Shown here in pieces: positions 20,944-31,598 of a stretch of DNA of 64,000 nt. The notes under the pieces are model-generated. The model worked only from the letters and a program-made list of their open reading frames with translations, was not told the origin of the DNA and ran no database searches. The position numbers were made by a program, and so were the translations under genes. Source of the DNA: an uncultured delta proteobacterium (lineage in GTDB: Bacteria > Myxococcota > Myxococcia > Myxococcales > Anaeromyxobacteraceae); assembly GCA_963828235.1 (NCBI GenBank), contig CAWHDY010000001.1:94920-158919 (forward strand). Reading direction: 5' to 3'. Every line of letters begins with the position of its first letter. The first letter of the stretch is position 1.

Positions 20944-22056
20944 ATGGAAGGCCAAGGCCCGCTCAGCGAGGAGATGTTCAATTCGTTCCTGCAGCTCGCG
21001 GTCAAGCGGCAGGCGAGCGACGTCCACTTCGAGGTGGGCTACCCGCCGACCTACCGCGTGTTCGGCGAGCTGCTCGCGGCGAAGTACCCGCCCCTGACGC
21101 ACGCGGACACCGAGGCGATCGCGAACATCGTCCTGCAGGCGCCCGGCTCCGGGTTCACGCCGCTCGACTTCCGCGAGGTGGACCGCAGCTACTCGCTCCC
21201 GGGCGTGTCGCGCTTCCGCGCGTCGATCTTCAAGCAGCGCGGCAGCTGGGGCGCGGTCATGCGCACCATCCCGTTCCAGATCCCGGACTTCGAGACGCTG
21301 AACCTGCCCCCGGTGGTGCGGACCATCGCCGAGGCCCGGCGCGGGCTCATCTGCGTCACCGGCGCGACCGGCAACGGCAAGTCGACGACGATCGCGTCGC
21401 TCATCGACTTCATCATCCGGCAGGAGCGGCTGCACGTCATCACGGTCGAGGATCCGATCGAGTTCATCTTCGCGGGGGGCAAGGGGCTCGTCATCCAGCG
21501 CGAGGTCGGGTCGGACACCGCGAGCTACTCCGACGCGCTGCGCGCCGCCCTGCGCCAGGATCCGGACATCATCATGGTCGGCGAGCTCCGCGATCGCGAG
21601 GCGGCGGAGATCTGCCTCAAGGCGGCGGAGACCGGCCACCTCGTCATCACCTCGCTCCACACCCCCGACGTGCCTCGCGCGATCGGGCGCATCACCGGGC
21701 TGTTCCCGGCGGAGGAGCAGGACAACGTCCGCTCCCGCCTCGCCGACAACCTCCAGGCGGTCGTCGCGCTGCGGCTCCTCATGCGCGCCGACGCGACCGG
21801 GCTCATCCCCGCGGTCGAGGGGCTCCTCGCCACCTCGACCGTGCGCGAGCTCATCCGCGACGGGACGAAGGTGGGCGAGCTGAAGGGGTACATGGAGACG
21901 GCCGGGGCCGACCTCGGGATGCACAGCTTCGACCAGTACCTGTACAAGCTGCACGAGGCGAAGCGGATCTCGCTCGACACGGCGCTCGCCAACGCGACGA
22001 ACCGCGCCGATCTGGAGCGGCGCATCATGATGGAGACGGGAGGCCGCTCCGCGTGA
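20944..22056 (+). CDS. pilT: PilT/PilU-family type IV pilus ATPase paralog
   Basis: ASDVHF, GATGNGKSTT Walker A, TVEDPIEF, ALRQDPDIIMVGELRD, AETGHLVITSLHT, GMHSFDQYL. Confidence 0.9.
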   Translation: MEGQGPLSEEMFNSFLQLAVKRQASDVHFEVGYPPTYRVFGELLAAKYPPLTHADTEAIANIVLQAPGSGFTPLDFREVDRSYSLPGVSRFRASIFKQRGSWGAVMRTIPFQIPDFETLNLPPVVRTIAEARRGLICVTGATGNGKSTTIASLIDFIIRQERLHVITVEDPIEFIFAGGKGLVIQREVGSDTASYSDALRAALRQDPDIIMVGELRDREAAEICLKAAETGHLVITSLHTPDVPRAIGRITGLFPAEEQDNVRSRLADNLQAVVALRLLMRADATGLIPAVEGLLATSTVRELIRDGTKVGELKGYMETAGADLGMHSFDQYLYKLHEAKRISLDTALANATNRADLERRIMMETGGRSA

Positions 22057-22925
22057 ACTCCGGCGCCCCAGTGGCGTCGCGCGTTCTCGTCGTAGGGCAG
22101 GACGCCGACGTCTCGATCGCGCTTCACCTGCACCTCGAGCGTGCGGGGTACGCGCTCTGCTGCCTCCCGGGGCCGCAGGACGTGGAGCCGATCGCGCGCG
22201 CGGTGGCGCCGCACGTCATCGTCCTCCTGCTGCCGGCGACCCCGGACGGCACCTGGGCGAGCGCGCTCACGACCGCGCAGAACGCGGCGAAGGTCGGCGT
22301 CCGGGTGGTGCTCGTCGCGCCCTCCCGGGAGATCGTCGAGCCGCTCGCCGCGGTCGCGGGCGCGGAGCGCGCCCTCGCCCGCTCCGAGGTGCTCGCGAGG
22401 CCGCTCATCGTGGTGGAGCGCTCGCTCGGCGCGGCGGCGGCGGGTGGCGTGACGCGCCCGACGCCGCGCCCGCCCGGCGCGGCGCGCCGTTCCCGCCGTC
22501 CTGGCCGCGCCGCCCCGCCCGCGCGCCCGCGCGCCGGCGTGGACCTCATGGCGCTCATCGACGAGGAGCTCGTGGACGACCGGAAGTCCCGGCCGCTGCC
22601 CACCCGCGTCGAGGTGAACGTGAGCCTCGTCTCCGAGCACAACTTCTACGTCGGCCCGTCGCGCCGGATGGACTCCGGCGGGGTCTTCATCGCCACCGCC
22701 ACCCCGCCGCCGGCCGGCACGCGGCTGCAGATCCGGCTCGGGCTCGCGGACGGCCGGAAGATCGAGACCGACGGCGAGGTCGCCTTCGTCCGCGAGAAGA
22801 GCGCCACCATCGGCCGCCAGCCGACGGGCTGCGGCGTCCGGCTGATGAACGTCCCCGGGTGGGCCATCGACGCGATCGAGCGGTTCATCCTCGCGCGGCA
22901 GCCGATCGTGTACACGCCGCTGTAG
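22053..22925 (+). CDS. Degenerate receiver domain plus C-terminal PilZ-like (TIGR02266-type) domain
   Basis: N-terminal RVLVVGQDAD...HVIVLLL; C-terminal SEHNFYVG...MDSGGVFIAT..PPPAGTRLQIRL...GEVAFVR...GCGVRL. The GTG overlaps the pilT TGA. Confidence 0.7.
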   Translation: MNSGAPVASRVLVVGQDADVSIALHLHLERAGYALCCLPGPQDVEPIARAVAPHVIVLLLPATPDGTWASALTTAQNAAKVGVRVVLVAPSREIVEPLAAVAGAERALARSEVLARPLIVVERSLGAAAAGGVTRPTPRPPGAARRSRRPGRAAPPARPRAGVDLMALIDEELVDDRKSRPLPTRVEVNVSLVSEHNFYVGPSRRMDSGGVFIATATPPPAGTRLQIRLGLADGRKIETDGEVAFVREKSATIGRQPTGCGVRLMNVPGWAIDAIERFILARQPIVYTPL

Positions 22926-22991
22926 CGCGGACGAGCGGCGAGTCGGCCCGCCCATCGCCGACCTGCGGGTCCGGCCCGCCGTCGAGGGCCG

Positions 22992-24111
22992 TCAGTCGTC
23001 GACGACGCGGTCGGTGCGCCGGACCCCGAGCAGGTACGGCTGCACGAACTGGTCGAGCTCGCCGTCGAGCACGTCGTCCACCTTGCCGGTCTCGACCCCG
23101 GTCCGCAGGTCCTTCACCATCCGGTACGGCTGGAGGACGTAGCTGCGGATCTGCGAGCCGAAGTCGATGTCCTTCTTCGTCGCCTCCTCGGCGTCGCGCA
23201 CCGCGGCGCGCTTCTTCTCCTCGAGCTCGTAGAGCTTCGCGCGCAGGATCTTCCAGGCGACGCCGCGGTTCTTCTGCTGGCTGCGCTCGTTCTGCACGGC
23301 GACGACGATCCCGGTGGGGAGGTGCGTCAGGCGGACGGCGGAGTCCGTCTTGTTCACCTTCTGGCCTCCGGCGCCGGAGGACCGGTACGTGTCGATCCGC
23401 ACGTCCGCCTCCTTCACGTCGATCACGATGTCGTCGTCGATCTCCGGCGTGACGTCGACGGCCGCGAAGCTGGTCTGCCGGCGCGCCGCGGAGTCGAACG
23501 GGCTGATCCGGACGAGCCGGTGGACGCCCTTCTCCGCCTTCATGAAGCCGTAGGCGTACTCGCCGCGCGCGATGAACGAGGCGGAGCTGATGCCCGCCTC
23601 CTCGCCCGCGGTCAGGTCGGCGGGCTCGACCTCCCAGCCCTTCCGCTCGCAGTAGCGGGTGTACATCCGGTAGAGCATCGCCGCCCAGTCCATCGCCTCG
23701 ACGCCGCCCGCGCCGCTCTTCACCTCGACGATCGCGCCGGCGCGATCGTGCGGGCCGGAGAGCATCCGGTGGAACTCGAGCGCGGCGACCTCCCGCGCGA
23801 CGGCCTCGGCGTGCTGAGCCGCCTCGGCGCGGGTCGCCTCGTCGGCGGCCTCCTCCGCGAGCTCGGAGAGCGCCTGCGCGTCCTCGAGCGACCTGCGGAC
23901 CTTCTCGAACGCGCCGGTGACCTGCTCGAGCTGCGCCTTCTCCTTCAGGAGCGCCTGCGCCTTGGCGTTGTCCGACCAGAAGGCGGGCGCCTCCGACAGC
24001 CGCGAGATCTCGTCTACCCGACCACGCTTGCGCTCGACGTCAAAGCGCCCCCCGGAGCGCGTCGAGTCGGCGCGCCAGGTCGGCGAGGCGTTCCTGGTTC
24101 GGTGCGGCCAT
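22992..24111 (-). CDS. prfB: Peptide chain release factor 2, with programmed +1 frameshift
   Basis: 23-codon ORF1 (24111-24043) ends CTT TGA C; the +1 frame continues DVERK...; SPF (ISPFDS) and GGQ (SGAGGQ) motifs; about 372 aa. Confidence 0.97.
24039..24055 (-). other. RF2 autoregulatory frameshift site (internal SD-like GGGGGG, then CTT TGA C)
   Basis: Minus strand CCGGGGGGCGCTTTGAC. Confidence 0.93.
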
Positions 24112-24113
24112 CC

Positions 24114-25913
24114 CTAGGTCTCCTCGGGCTTCGCGCTCCGGCGCTTGCGGACCGCCGCGCCGAGCGCAGCCACGGTCGCGGCGGCGCACGCCCAGGCGAA
24201 GAGGTCGCCGACTGTAGTGTAGAGGGTGAGCCCTCGCAAGCGCGGGACCTCCGCGAGGAGCAGCCGCGCCGGCTCGCGCGGATCCGGCGCCCGGTCCGGA
24301 TCCACCGGCCCGACCTCGAGCGCGCCGGGAGCGAGCTCGCCGCTCGGCAGGATGACGGCCGACACCCCGGCGTACGCCGGGCGGACGACCGCCTTGCCGG
24401 CCTCGATCGCGCGCATCCTGACGATCGCGAGGAACTGGTACGGGCCGGAGGAGTACCCGTACCAGGCGTCGTTCGTCGGGTTCACCAGGATCTCGGGCTC
24501 CGGCTCCTTGCGCGCGAACGCGACGTTGATCTCGGGGAAGATGGCGTCGAAGCAGATCATCGGGGCGAGCCGGACGCGATCGGGCGCGGCGCGGGTCCCG
24601 TCGGCGGCCTCGATCTGCGCCGGCTTCGCGAGCGGGACGGCCGCCGTCGCCGCCGCCACCGCGGCGCGGGGGGCGGGCATCTCGAGGACGGTGAGCTCGC
24701 GACCCGGCATCGCCGGCGCGAAGCTCGGGACCACCTGCCTGAGGAACGGGAGCCACTCCGCGAGCGGCACGTACTCCCCGAACGGCACCAGGTGGTGCTT
24801 CTGGTAGAAGCCGAGCACCTCGAGGGACGGCGAGAGCAGGTAGTCCACGTTGCCCACGCGGGGCACCCGCTCGGCGCCGGCGCGGATCCACTCGACGGTC
24901 GCCGCCCCCATGAGCAGGTGCGCGCGAGAGAGCGGGACGAGGCCGGAGTCGGGCGTCGCGAAGGAGCGCGTCCCCGGGCGCACGTAGAGGGGGTACGACG
25001 CCTCGGGCCAGGCGACGAGGTCCGCCCCCCGACGGTCGGCCTCGAGCGTCAGCGGCACGAGCCGCGCGAGGATGTCGCCGGCGCGGTCGCGCGCGCGGTT
25101 CTTCACCGACTGGTCCACGTTCGGCTGGACCACCCCGACCGCGAGGGAGGGCGCGGCGGCGGCGCGCGCCCGGACGCTCCGCAGCCGGAGCGCACCGTGG
25201 GCGAGCGTCGCCGCGAGGAGCGCCGCGGCGAGCGCGAGCCCGCGGACGGGGAGCGGCGCGCGCGCCCGGCGGGACGCGAGCGTCTCGGCGAGGACCGCGT
25301 TCACGAGCACGACGAGCGCGGCGATCCCGTACGGACCGGCGAGCGCCGCGAGCTGGGCGATCGGGAGGGTGCGCACCTGGGAGTAGCCGACGTTCCCCCA
25401 CGGGAAGCCGCTGAAGAGGTGGTTGCGCGACAGCTCGAGCGCCACCCAGACCACCGGCAGGTGCACGTGCAGGGGCCAGCCGAGCCGGTCGCGGAGGGTC
25501 CAGGAGATCGCGAACGCGGCGGCCCAGTGCACCGCCATGAACAGCACGAGCGCCGTCAGGCCGACGAGCGCGACCGCGAACGGGAGCCCGCCGAACGCCG
25601 TCATCGCGTGGGAGACCCAGTGGATCGCGGCGTAGAAGAAGGCGAGCCCGGCCACGAGCCCCCGCAGGAACGCCGAGCGGGCGGACGGCGCGGCCCGGAC
25701 CGCGAGGACGGCTGGCACCAGCGCGACCCACGCGAGCACCTCGAGCCGGCCCGCCGGATCGACCTCCCGCAGGCCGACGAACGGCACCACGAGCGGGAAC
25801 GCGAGCGCGAGGAGGACGCCGGACCCCGCCGCCGCGGCGTACGCGCCCCAGTCGACGCGGCGAGGCCGGGAGGTGGCTCGGGGCTCCCCGGGGGGCGGGA
25901 GGGCGCGCTTCAT
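24114..25913 (-). CDS. lnt: Apolipoprotein N-acyltransferase
   Basis: Multiple TM helices, FSGFPWGNVGYSQ, VVQPNV, WPE, YQKHHLVPFGEYVP, ICFD, NDAWYG. Confidence 0.95.
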   Translation of the reverse strand: MKRALPPPGEPRATSRPRRVDWGAYAAAAGSGVLLALAFPLVVPFVGLREVDPAGRLEVLAWVALVPAVLAVRAAPSARSAFLRGLVAGLAFFYAAIHWVSHAMTAFGGLPFAVALVGLTALVLFMAVHWAAAFAISWTLRDRLGWPLHVHLPVVWVALELSRNHLFSGFPWGNVGYSQVRTLPIAQLAALAGPYGIAALVVLVNAVLAETLASRRARAPLPVRGLALAAALLAATLAHGALRLRSVRARAAAAPSLAVGVVQPNVDQSVKNRARDRAGDILARLVPLTLEADRRGADLVAWPEASYPLYVRPGTRSFATPDSGLVPLSRAHLLMGAATVEWIRAGAERVPRVGNVDYLLSPSLEVLGFYQKHHLVPFGEYVPLAEWLPFLRQVVPSFAPAMPGRELTVLEMPAPRAAVAAATAAVPLAKPAQIEAADGTRAAPDRVRLAPMICFDAIFPEINVAFARKEPEPEILVNPTNDAWYGYSSGPYQFLAIVRMRAIEAGKAVVRPAYAGVSAVILPSGELAPGALEVGPVDPDRAPDPREPARLLLAEVPRLRGLTLYTTVGDLFAWACAAATVAALGAAVRKRRSAKPEET

Positions 25914-25944
25914 CGGACCCCGGTTCTAGCGCCGGCAGGGCGCG

Positions 25945-26346
25945 TCAGCGGGCCTTCTTCACGGCGTCGCGCGGGTCCTCCGACAGGTCGACGTCGACCT
26001 GCGCGGTCCCCGGGTGCTGCCCGCCGCCCTGGGCGGCGCCGTACGCGGCCGCGGCGGCGAGGTAGTACGAGACCGCCTCCCGCACGAGGTGGCCGACGGG
26101 GCGACCGAGCCGCGACGCGGTGGCGCCGACGGTCTCGGCGAGGTCCGCCGGCATCCGGACGGTGACGACGCACGCCTGCGCGAGCGCCGCCTCGAGGCGC
26201 TCGAGCGCCTGGCTCGGTCGAGACACGCGGAAGTCGCCGGTCTCGATCATCTCCTTGATCCGGCGTGCGAGGTCCTGACGCGTGTACCACGCGCCGTCGA
26301 GCCAGACCGACTCGGAGTCGAGGTCGATGTCCGCGAACGGGTCCAC
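25945..26346 (-). CDS. Small protein with a C-terminal ribbon-helix-helix (CopG-like) DNA-binding motif
   Basis: GTG 26346 with GGAG SD; VVTVRMPADLAETVGATASRLGRPVGHLVREAVSYYL fits the RHH beta-alpha-alpha pattern. Confidence 0.65.
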   Translation of the reverse strand: MDPFADIDLDSESVWLDGAWYTRQDLARRIKEMIETGDFRVSRPSQALERLEAALAQACVVTVRMPADLAETVGATASRLGRPVGHLVREAVSYYLAAAAAYGAAQGGGQHPGTAQVDVDLSEDPRDAVKKAR

Positions 26347-26807
26347 GTCTCCGCTTCCAGCCCTTCCCTGAGCGCCGCGCCGACCAGGCCTTCGCTCCGC
26401 GCGAGCGCCGCTTCCTTCTCGGCCATCCTCCGCGCGTCCCCCGGTCGCTCGTGATCGTAGCCGAGCAGGTGGAGGATCCCGTGCGCGAGGTACCGCTCCA
26501 GCTCCTGGGCGATGGAGCGGCTCTCGCCGCGCGCGCGGCGGGCAGCCGTCTCCCAGGAGATTACCACGTCGCCCAAAAGCGGCCCAATCCCGGGCGGATC
26601 CGATAGCGGGAAGGAGAGCACGTCCGTCGCGGCGTCCTTCCCCCTCCACTCGCGGTTCAAGGTCCGCATGCGGCGGTCGCCGACGAGCAGCACCGAGAGC
26701 TCCGCGTCCTCGCGGCCCAGGGCCTTCAGGAAGGCCTGCGCGCGGGCGCGCAGGCGCCGGGCCGACCGGCGCCCCCTCGGAAGCGTGCAGGTCAGCCGGA
26801 CGATCAC
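26247..26807 (-). CDS. ybeY: Endoribonuclease YbeY
   Basis: [39 protein letters not shown] coupled to the upstream TGA; 3' end overlaps the next gene by 100 nt. Confidence 0.92.
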   Translation of the reverse strand: MIVRLTCTLPRGRRSARRLRARAQAFLKALGREDAELSVLLVGDRRMRTLNREWRGKDAATDVLSFPLSDPPGIGPLLGDVVISWETAARRARGESRSIAQELERYLAHGILHLLGYDHERPGDARRMAEKEAALARSEGLVGAALREGLEAETWTRSRTSTSTPSRSGSTARGTRVRTSHAGSRR

Positions 26808-29185
26808 GGCTTCGCGACGAGGTGAATCGGAAGCTGCCGCGGCCCGGGCTCCAGGCCGCGCGAGGGGTAGTCGGGGCGCGTGTGGTAGATCGCCTCCAGG
26901 GCTCGCACCATCGCTCCGGCGATCGCGTTCAGGTCCCGCAGGGTGAGCTCGCAGTCGTCGAGCTGCCCCTCGCTGAAGATCTCGTTGATCCGCTTCGAGA
27001 CGAGGGTCCTGAGCGCCTCGCCCGTGGGGACCTCGAGCGCGCGCGACGACGCCTCGCACGCGTCGGCGATCATGACGAGCGCCGCCTCGCGGCTCTGGGG
27101 CTTCGGCCCCGGATACCGGAACAGCGCCTCGTCGAGCGGCGCGCCCCGCCCGTCGTCCGGCGCGTGGGGGACGCGCTGCGCCTTGGCCCAGAAGTACGCG
27201 ACCGTGCGCGTCCCGTGGTGCTGCGGGATGGCGTCCGCGACGAGCCGCGGGATCCGCCAGTGCCGCGCGAGCTCGAGCCCGTCCGTCACGTGGCGCTTCA
27301 CGATGAGCGCGCTCATCGACGGCGCGAGCTCGTCGTGCCGGTTCTCGCCGCCGCGCTGGTTCTCCGCGAAGAAGAGCGGGTTCCGGATCTTTCCGAGGTC
27401 GTGGTAGTAGGCGCAGACGCGGGCCAGGACCGGGTTCGCCCCGATCGCCTCCGCCGCCGCCTCGACGAGCGAGCCCATCAGGATCGAGTGGTGGTACGTC
27501 CCGGGCGCCTGGACGATCAGCTCCTTCAGCGCCGGGTGGTTCAGGTTCGCGAGCTCGAGCAGCTTCACGTCCGTGACGTAGCCGAACGCGGCCTCCACGA
27601 TCGGCAGCACCCCGACGACCGTGACGGGGAGGAGGAGCGCGCCGCCGGCGAGGGCGGCGAGCGCGGAGATCGCGACGTCGCCCGCCGGCTTCCCGGCGAA
27701 CAGCCCGATCGCGATCGCGAGCGCCACCCCGACGAGGCCGACGCCGAGCCCGGCGCGGAAGATCCCCGCCCGGTCGCGCTGCCCCGAGACGAGCCCGGCG
27801 GCGGCGACCGAGGTCAGCGTGGCGTACAGCGCGTACGACATCGACTGGCCCGCGAGGAGCCCGGCCGCGAGCCCCGCCGACAGCGCGAAGAGCAGCGCCG
27901 CGTCCGCGGCGAGCACCTGCCGGACGATCATCGCGCCGGCCGCGAACGGCACGAGGTACTGCAGGGACGGCGAGACGAGGGCCGGGAACCGGTCCTGGAG
28001 CGCGTCCGCGATCGCGAACCCCACGAACCCGAGGGCGAACGTCCCGACGAGCAGCACGGCGAGGAGCATCGCGTCGCGGCGCGCCGGCCGGAACCGCGGC
28101 AGGTTGCGCCGCGCGACCCGCCAGAGCAAGGCGACCATGAGCGCGACGAGGGCGCCGGCGCCGAGGCGGACGTGCGCGAGCACCTCGCCGCGCCGGTTCG
28201 CGCGCATCCCGTCGAACAGCACGAGGTGGCGCTTCTCGATCCGCTCCCCGTCTCCGACGATCTTCTCGCCGCGCTTCACGGGGACGATGACCGGCTTCAC
28301 CCGCGCCGCCGCCTCCTCGCGGCGCCGGGCGGTCTCGACCTGGTCGTGCGCGAGCGTCGGGCGGATCATCGCGATCGCGACCCGCTGGACCGCGCCGCGC
28401 AGCGCGGGCGGATCGCGCTCCAGCCGGGCCGCGGCGGCGCGGGCGACCTCGTCCGCGGCGGTCGCGACGTCCCGCACGAGCGCGAGGTCCGTCACGACCC
28501 TCTCGCCCTGCAGCGCGCCGTCGGCGAAGGCGCGCACGGCGAACCCCCGCTCGCGCTCCGCGGCGAGGAGCGCCAGGTCGCCGACCACGACCCCCTCGAG
28601 CCCGCGCCGCGCGAGGGCCGCCAGCTCCTGCTCGACCGACTCCGAGAACCGGGCCTGCGCGAGCGCGGCGAGGTCCTCGTCGCGCACGACCACCTGGAGC
28701 CGCGAGACGAACGCGTCCCGCTGCGCCGAGTAGCGGCGCTGCAGCTCCGCGCCGTCCCGGATGCCGTGGCGGAGCGGGAGCGCCCCCGCCTCGTCCCGCA
28801 TCAGCTGGAAGGCGGCGTGGACGCGCGCGGCGGCCTCGTCGGCCGCTCCCGCGTCCTGCACGTAGACCGGCCGCTCGGCCTGCGACGCCTCGACGCGCCG
28901 GCGGCGGGTCGCTTCCTGATCGACGACGTCGTAGTCCCGGTCCGCCTTCACGGTCGCCGGCGCTGGCGTCCCGAGCGCCTCCGGCCCGGGGAGCCGGGGC
29001 GCGCCCGCGGGCGCGAGGAGCCACGCCGCGGCGCACGAGATCACGGCGACGAGCAGGACGCGCAGGAGCCAGCCCGCCCAGTCGCCGCGCACCAACCGGC
29101 TCAGGAGCCAGCCGGATGTAGGCGAATGTGATCCCGGGCGTTCGAGCACGGCGCGCAGCCTTGCACCGGGATCGTCCGAAGGCAA
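26804..29185 (-). CDS. 7TM-HD (HDIG) phosphohydrolase, PgpH/YqfF-like
   Basis: Large extracellular domain, 7 TM helices, [44 protein letters not shown]. Confidence 0.9.
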   Translation of the reverse strand: MPSDDPGARLRAVLERPGSHSPTSGWLLSRLVRGDWAGWLLRVLLVAVISCAAAWLLAPAGAPRLPGPEALGTPAPATVKADRDYDVVDQEATRRRRVEASQAERPVYVQDAGAADEAAARVHAAFQLMRDEAGALPLRHGIRDGAELQRRYSAQRDAFVSRLQVVVRDEDLAALAQARFSESVEQELAALARRGLEGVVVGDLALLAAERERGFAVRAFADGALQGERVVTDLALVRDVATAADEVARAAAARLERDPPALRGAVQRVAIAMIRPTLAHDQVETARRREEAAARVKPVIVPVKRGEKIVGDGERIEKRHLVLFDGMRANRRGEVLAHVRLGAGALVALMVALLWRVARRNLPRFRPARRDAMLLAVLLVGTFALGFVGFAIADALQDRFPALVSPSLQYLVPFAAGAMIVRQVLAADAALLFALSAGLAAGLLAGQSMSYALYATLTSVAAAGLVSGQRDRAGIFRAGLGVGLVGVALAIAIGLFAGKPAGDVAISALAALAGGALLLPVTVVGVLPIVEAAFGYVTDVKLLELANLNHPALKELIVQAPGTYHHSILMGSLVEAAAEAIGANPVLARVCAYYHDLGKIRNPLFFAENQRGGENRHDELAPSMSALIVKRHVTDGLELARHWRIPRLVADAIPQHHGTRTVAYFWAKAQRVPHAPDDGRGAPLDEALFRYPGPKPQSREAALVMIADACEASSRALEVPTGEALRTLVSKRINEIFSEGQLDDCELTLRDLNAIAGAMVRALEAIYHTRPDYPSRGLEPGPRQLPIHLVAKP

Positions 29186-29235
29186 CCGCGTTCCCGGGCC
29201 CAGGGTGAACCCGCGGCGAGGACTCGCTCTTTCCG

Positions 29236-30315
29236 TCAGCCCCGGCGCGACTTGCCGTCGGGCTCGGACCTCTCCGGCACCCCGCCGTCGGCGCGGGGGG
29301 CCTCGGGCCGCTCCGGACGGGCCCCCTCGGCGCGGGCGCGGCGTTCCGCCTCGAAGAGGTCGTAGGCCCGCACCACCTCCTGCACGAGCGGGTGCCGCAC
29401 CACGTCGATCTCGCTGAAGAAGCAGAACGAGACCCCCTCGACGGACCGCAGCACCTTCTGCACCTCGACGAGCCCCGAGCCGCGCCCCGACGGCAGGTCC
29501 ACCTGCGTGACGTCGCCGGTCACGACCGCCTTCGACCCGTACCCCAGGCGCGTCAGGAACATCTTCATCTGCTCCTCGGTCGTGTTCTGGGCCTCGTCGA
29601 GGATGACGAACGAGTCGTTCAGGGTGCGGCCGCGCATGAAGGCGAGCGGCGCCACCTCGACCGTCCCGCGCTCCATGAACGCGGTGGCCTTCTCGTAGTC
29701 GACCATGTCGAACAGCGCGTCGTAGAGGGGCCGCAGGTACGGGTTCACCTTCTCGGCGATGTCGCCGGGGAGGAACCCGAGCTTCTCGCCCGCCTCGACC
29801 GCGGGGCGCGTGAGCACGATCCGCTTGACCCGGCGCTCGACGAGGTAGGCCACCGCCATCGCCATCGCGAGGTACGTCTTGCCGGTCCCGGCAGGTCCCA
29901 CCCCGAAGACGATGTCGTCGTCCCTGATCGCCTGGATGTAGCGCTTCTGCGCGAGCCCCTTCGGCGTGATGACGCGGTGCCGGGACGAGACGAAGACGGT
30001 GTCGCCGAACACCTCGCGCAGCGGGACGCCCTGGGCCGCGAGCTTCGTCGCCTGATCGACGTCCTCGAGGTAGAGGGGATAACCCTCCGCCACGAGGTCG
30101 TAGAGCTCCTGGACGAGCCGCTCCGCCATCCGGAGCTTGGCCTCGTCGGAGGCGGACACCACGATCTGCCCGCCGCGCAGGCCGAGCTGGACCCCGAGCC
30201 GACGCTCGACCAGCTTCAGGTGCTCGTTGTGCGCGCCGCAGAGGGCGCGCACCTTGTCGTTGTCCGCGAACTCGAGCCGCGAGGTGTGGAGGGGTTCCGC
30301 CGCGCCCTGACCCAA
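29236..30315 (-). CDS. phoH: PhoH-family ATPase
   Basis: TTG start after AGGAGG; [48 protein letters not shown]. Confidence 0.96.
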   Translation of the reverse strand: MGQGAAEPLHTSRLEFADNDKVRALCGAHNEHLKLVERRLGVQLGLRGGQIVVSASDEAKLRMAERLVQELYDLVAEGYPLYLEDVDQATKLAAQGVPLREVFGDTVFVSSRHRVITPKGLAQKRYIQAIRDDDIVFGVGPAGTGKTYLAMAMAVAYLVERRVKRIVLTRPAVEAGEKLGFLPGDIAEKVNPYLRPLYDALFDMVDYEKATAFMERGTVEVAPLAFMRGRTLNDSFVILDEAQNTTEEQMKMFLTRLGYGSKAVVTGDVTQVDLPSGRGSGLVEVQKVLRSVEGVSFCFFSEIDVVRHPLVQEVVRAYDLFEAERRARAEGARPERPEAPRADGGVPERSEPDGKSRRG

Positions 30316-30383
30316 GGAGCCTCCTGTGGCCGCACCGCCACTGCGACGATAACCGGCGCGCGCCGCCCGCGGCACGGCCGCGG

Positions 30384-31589
30384 TCACTCGAGCGGGGGGA
30401 GGAGCACGATCCGCCCCCCCGGACCGCGCCGGTAGTAGTACGCCTGGGACCACGGATAGGTGAGATCCCGCGCGGTCACGAGCTCCGCCTCGACGAGCCG
30501 GCCGAGGGCGTCCGGGTACTCCCCACGCTCGAGCCGGTACACCTCGAGCGCGGCGCGCAGCCGCTCCAGCTGGTAGCGGGCCAGGAAGCGCTGGGCCGTG
30601 TTGTCGCGCACGACCGCCCCGCCCGCCCCGTGCAGGAGGAGGCCCCGCCGGTCGATCCAGTAGGCGATCCCGGCGAGCGTCGCGGCGACGGCGACCGTCG
30701 CGACGACGCGCGTGGCCGCGCGCCGGATCCGCGCCTGCCAGTCCTGCGCGTAGGCCCCGACGGCGCTGGCGGCCCGGCTGGCGGGCGCGATCCCCTTGAG
30801 GTACCCGAGGTTGACCAGGTTCAGCAGCGCCTTGCACGTCTCGAACTCGCCGAGGCGGGACAGATCGGTGATCTTCTCCACGGTCCGGCCGGGCTCCGCG
30901 AGCTCGAAGCAGCGCCGCTCGTTGCGCCCGAGCCCGGGGTGCTCCGCGTCCTTCGGCTCGTGGTCCTCGCCGAGCGCGTCGAAGGCGGCGTCCACGTCAT
31001 CGCTTTCCTTCTCCCGTTCCGCCCTGCGCTCCGGGGCGCGCACCGTCTCGAGCGCGCGGGTCCGCTCGAAGGTCATCGCGGTCGAGGTGATCTTCCGGCG
31101 GACGAGCGGCCACTCGTCGACCTGCCGGAAGCCCTCCATCAGGACGGACTCCGCGCGCAGCGGCGTCACCGTGTCGGCGTCCCACTCGACGTCGCCCGGC
31201 TCGAACTCGTACGTGCCGCTCTTCCAGTGGAACAGGCGGTAGACGGTCTCGGTCGTCTGCAGGGCCGTCATCTCGGAGAGGTCCTGCTTCGTCACCAGCC
31301 CGAGGCCGACGAGGATGTCCCCGAGGCGCCGCAGGCTCCGCTTCTGCGCGTCGAGCGCGTACGCGAGCTCCTCCGCGGTGATGATCTCGGCGCGCACGAG
31401 CAGGTTCCCGAGGCGGTCGCGCGTCTTGCGCCCCGCCGACTCGGCCCGGACGACGCAGCCGTCCGAGATGGCGATGTGGGTGACGTCGTCGCGAGCCTGC
31501 AGGTGGAGCACGCCGCTCTTCGCCTGCTGGCCGATGAGCTGGAGGATCTCCGCGATCCCGAAGTCCTTGAGCGTGCCCTTGAGCGCCAC
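30384..31589 (-). CDS. DUF4388 (PATAN-like) domain + TM + GspG/pseudopilin-like C-terminal domain
   Basis: [35 protein letters not shown], one TM, then [20 protein letters not shown]...[12 protein letters not shown]. Confidence 0.75.
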   Translation of the reverse strand: MALKGTLKDFGIAEILQLIGQQAKSGVLHLQARDDVTHIAISDGCVVRAESAGRKTRDRLGNLLVRAEIITAEELAYALDAQKRSLRRLGDILVGLGLVTKQDLSEMTALQTTETVYRLFHWKSGTYEFEPGDVEWDADTVTPLRAESVLMEGFRQVDEWPLVRRKITSTAMTFERTRALETVRAPERRAEREKESDDVDAAFDALGEDHEPKDAEHPGLGRNERRCFELAEPGRTVEKITDLSRLGEFETCKALLNLVNLGYLKGIAPASRAASAVGAYAQDWQARIRRAATRVVATVAVAATLAGIAYWIDRRGLLLHGAGGAVVRDNTAQRFLARYQLERLRAALEVYRLERGEYPDALGRLVEAELVTARDLTYPWSQAYYYRRGPGGRIVLLPPLE

Positions 31590-31598
31590 CGGGTCTCC

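Noticed and set aside
22460-22545. Compensating frameshifts in the receiver-PilZ linker
   Set aside because: Codon usage looks off-frame for about 10 codons, but the ORF stays open and a low-complexity linker explains it equally well.
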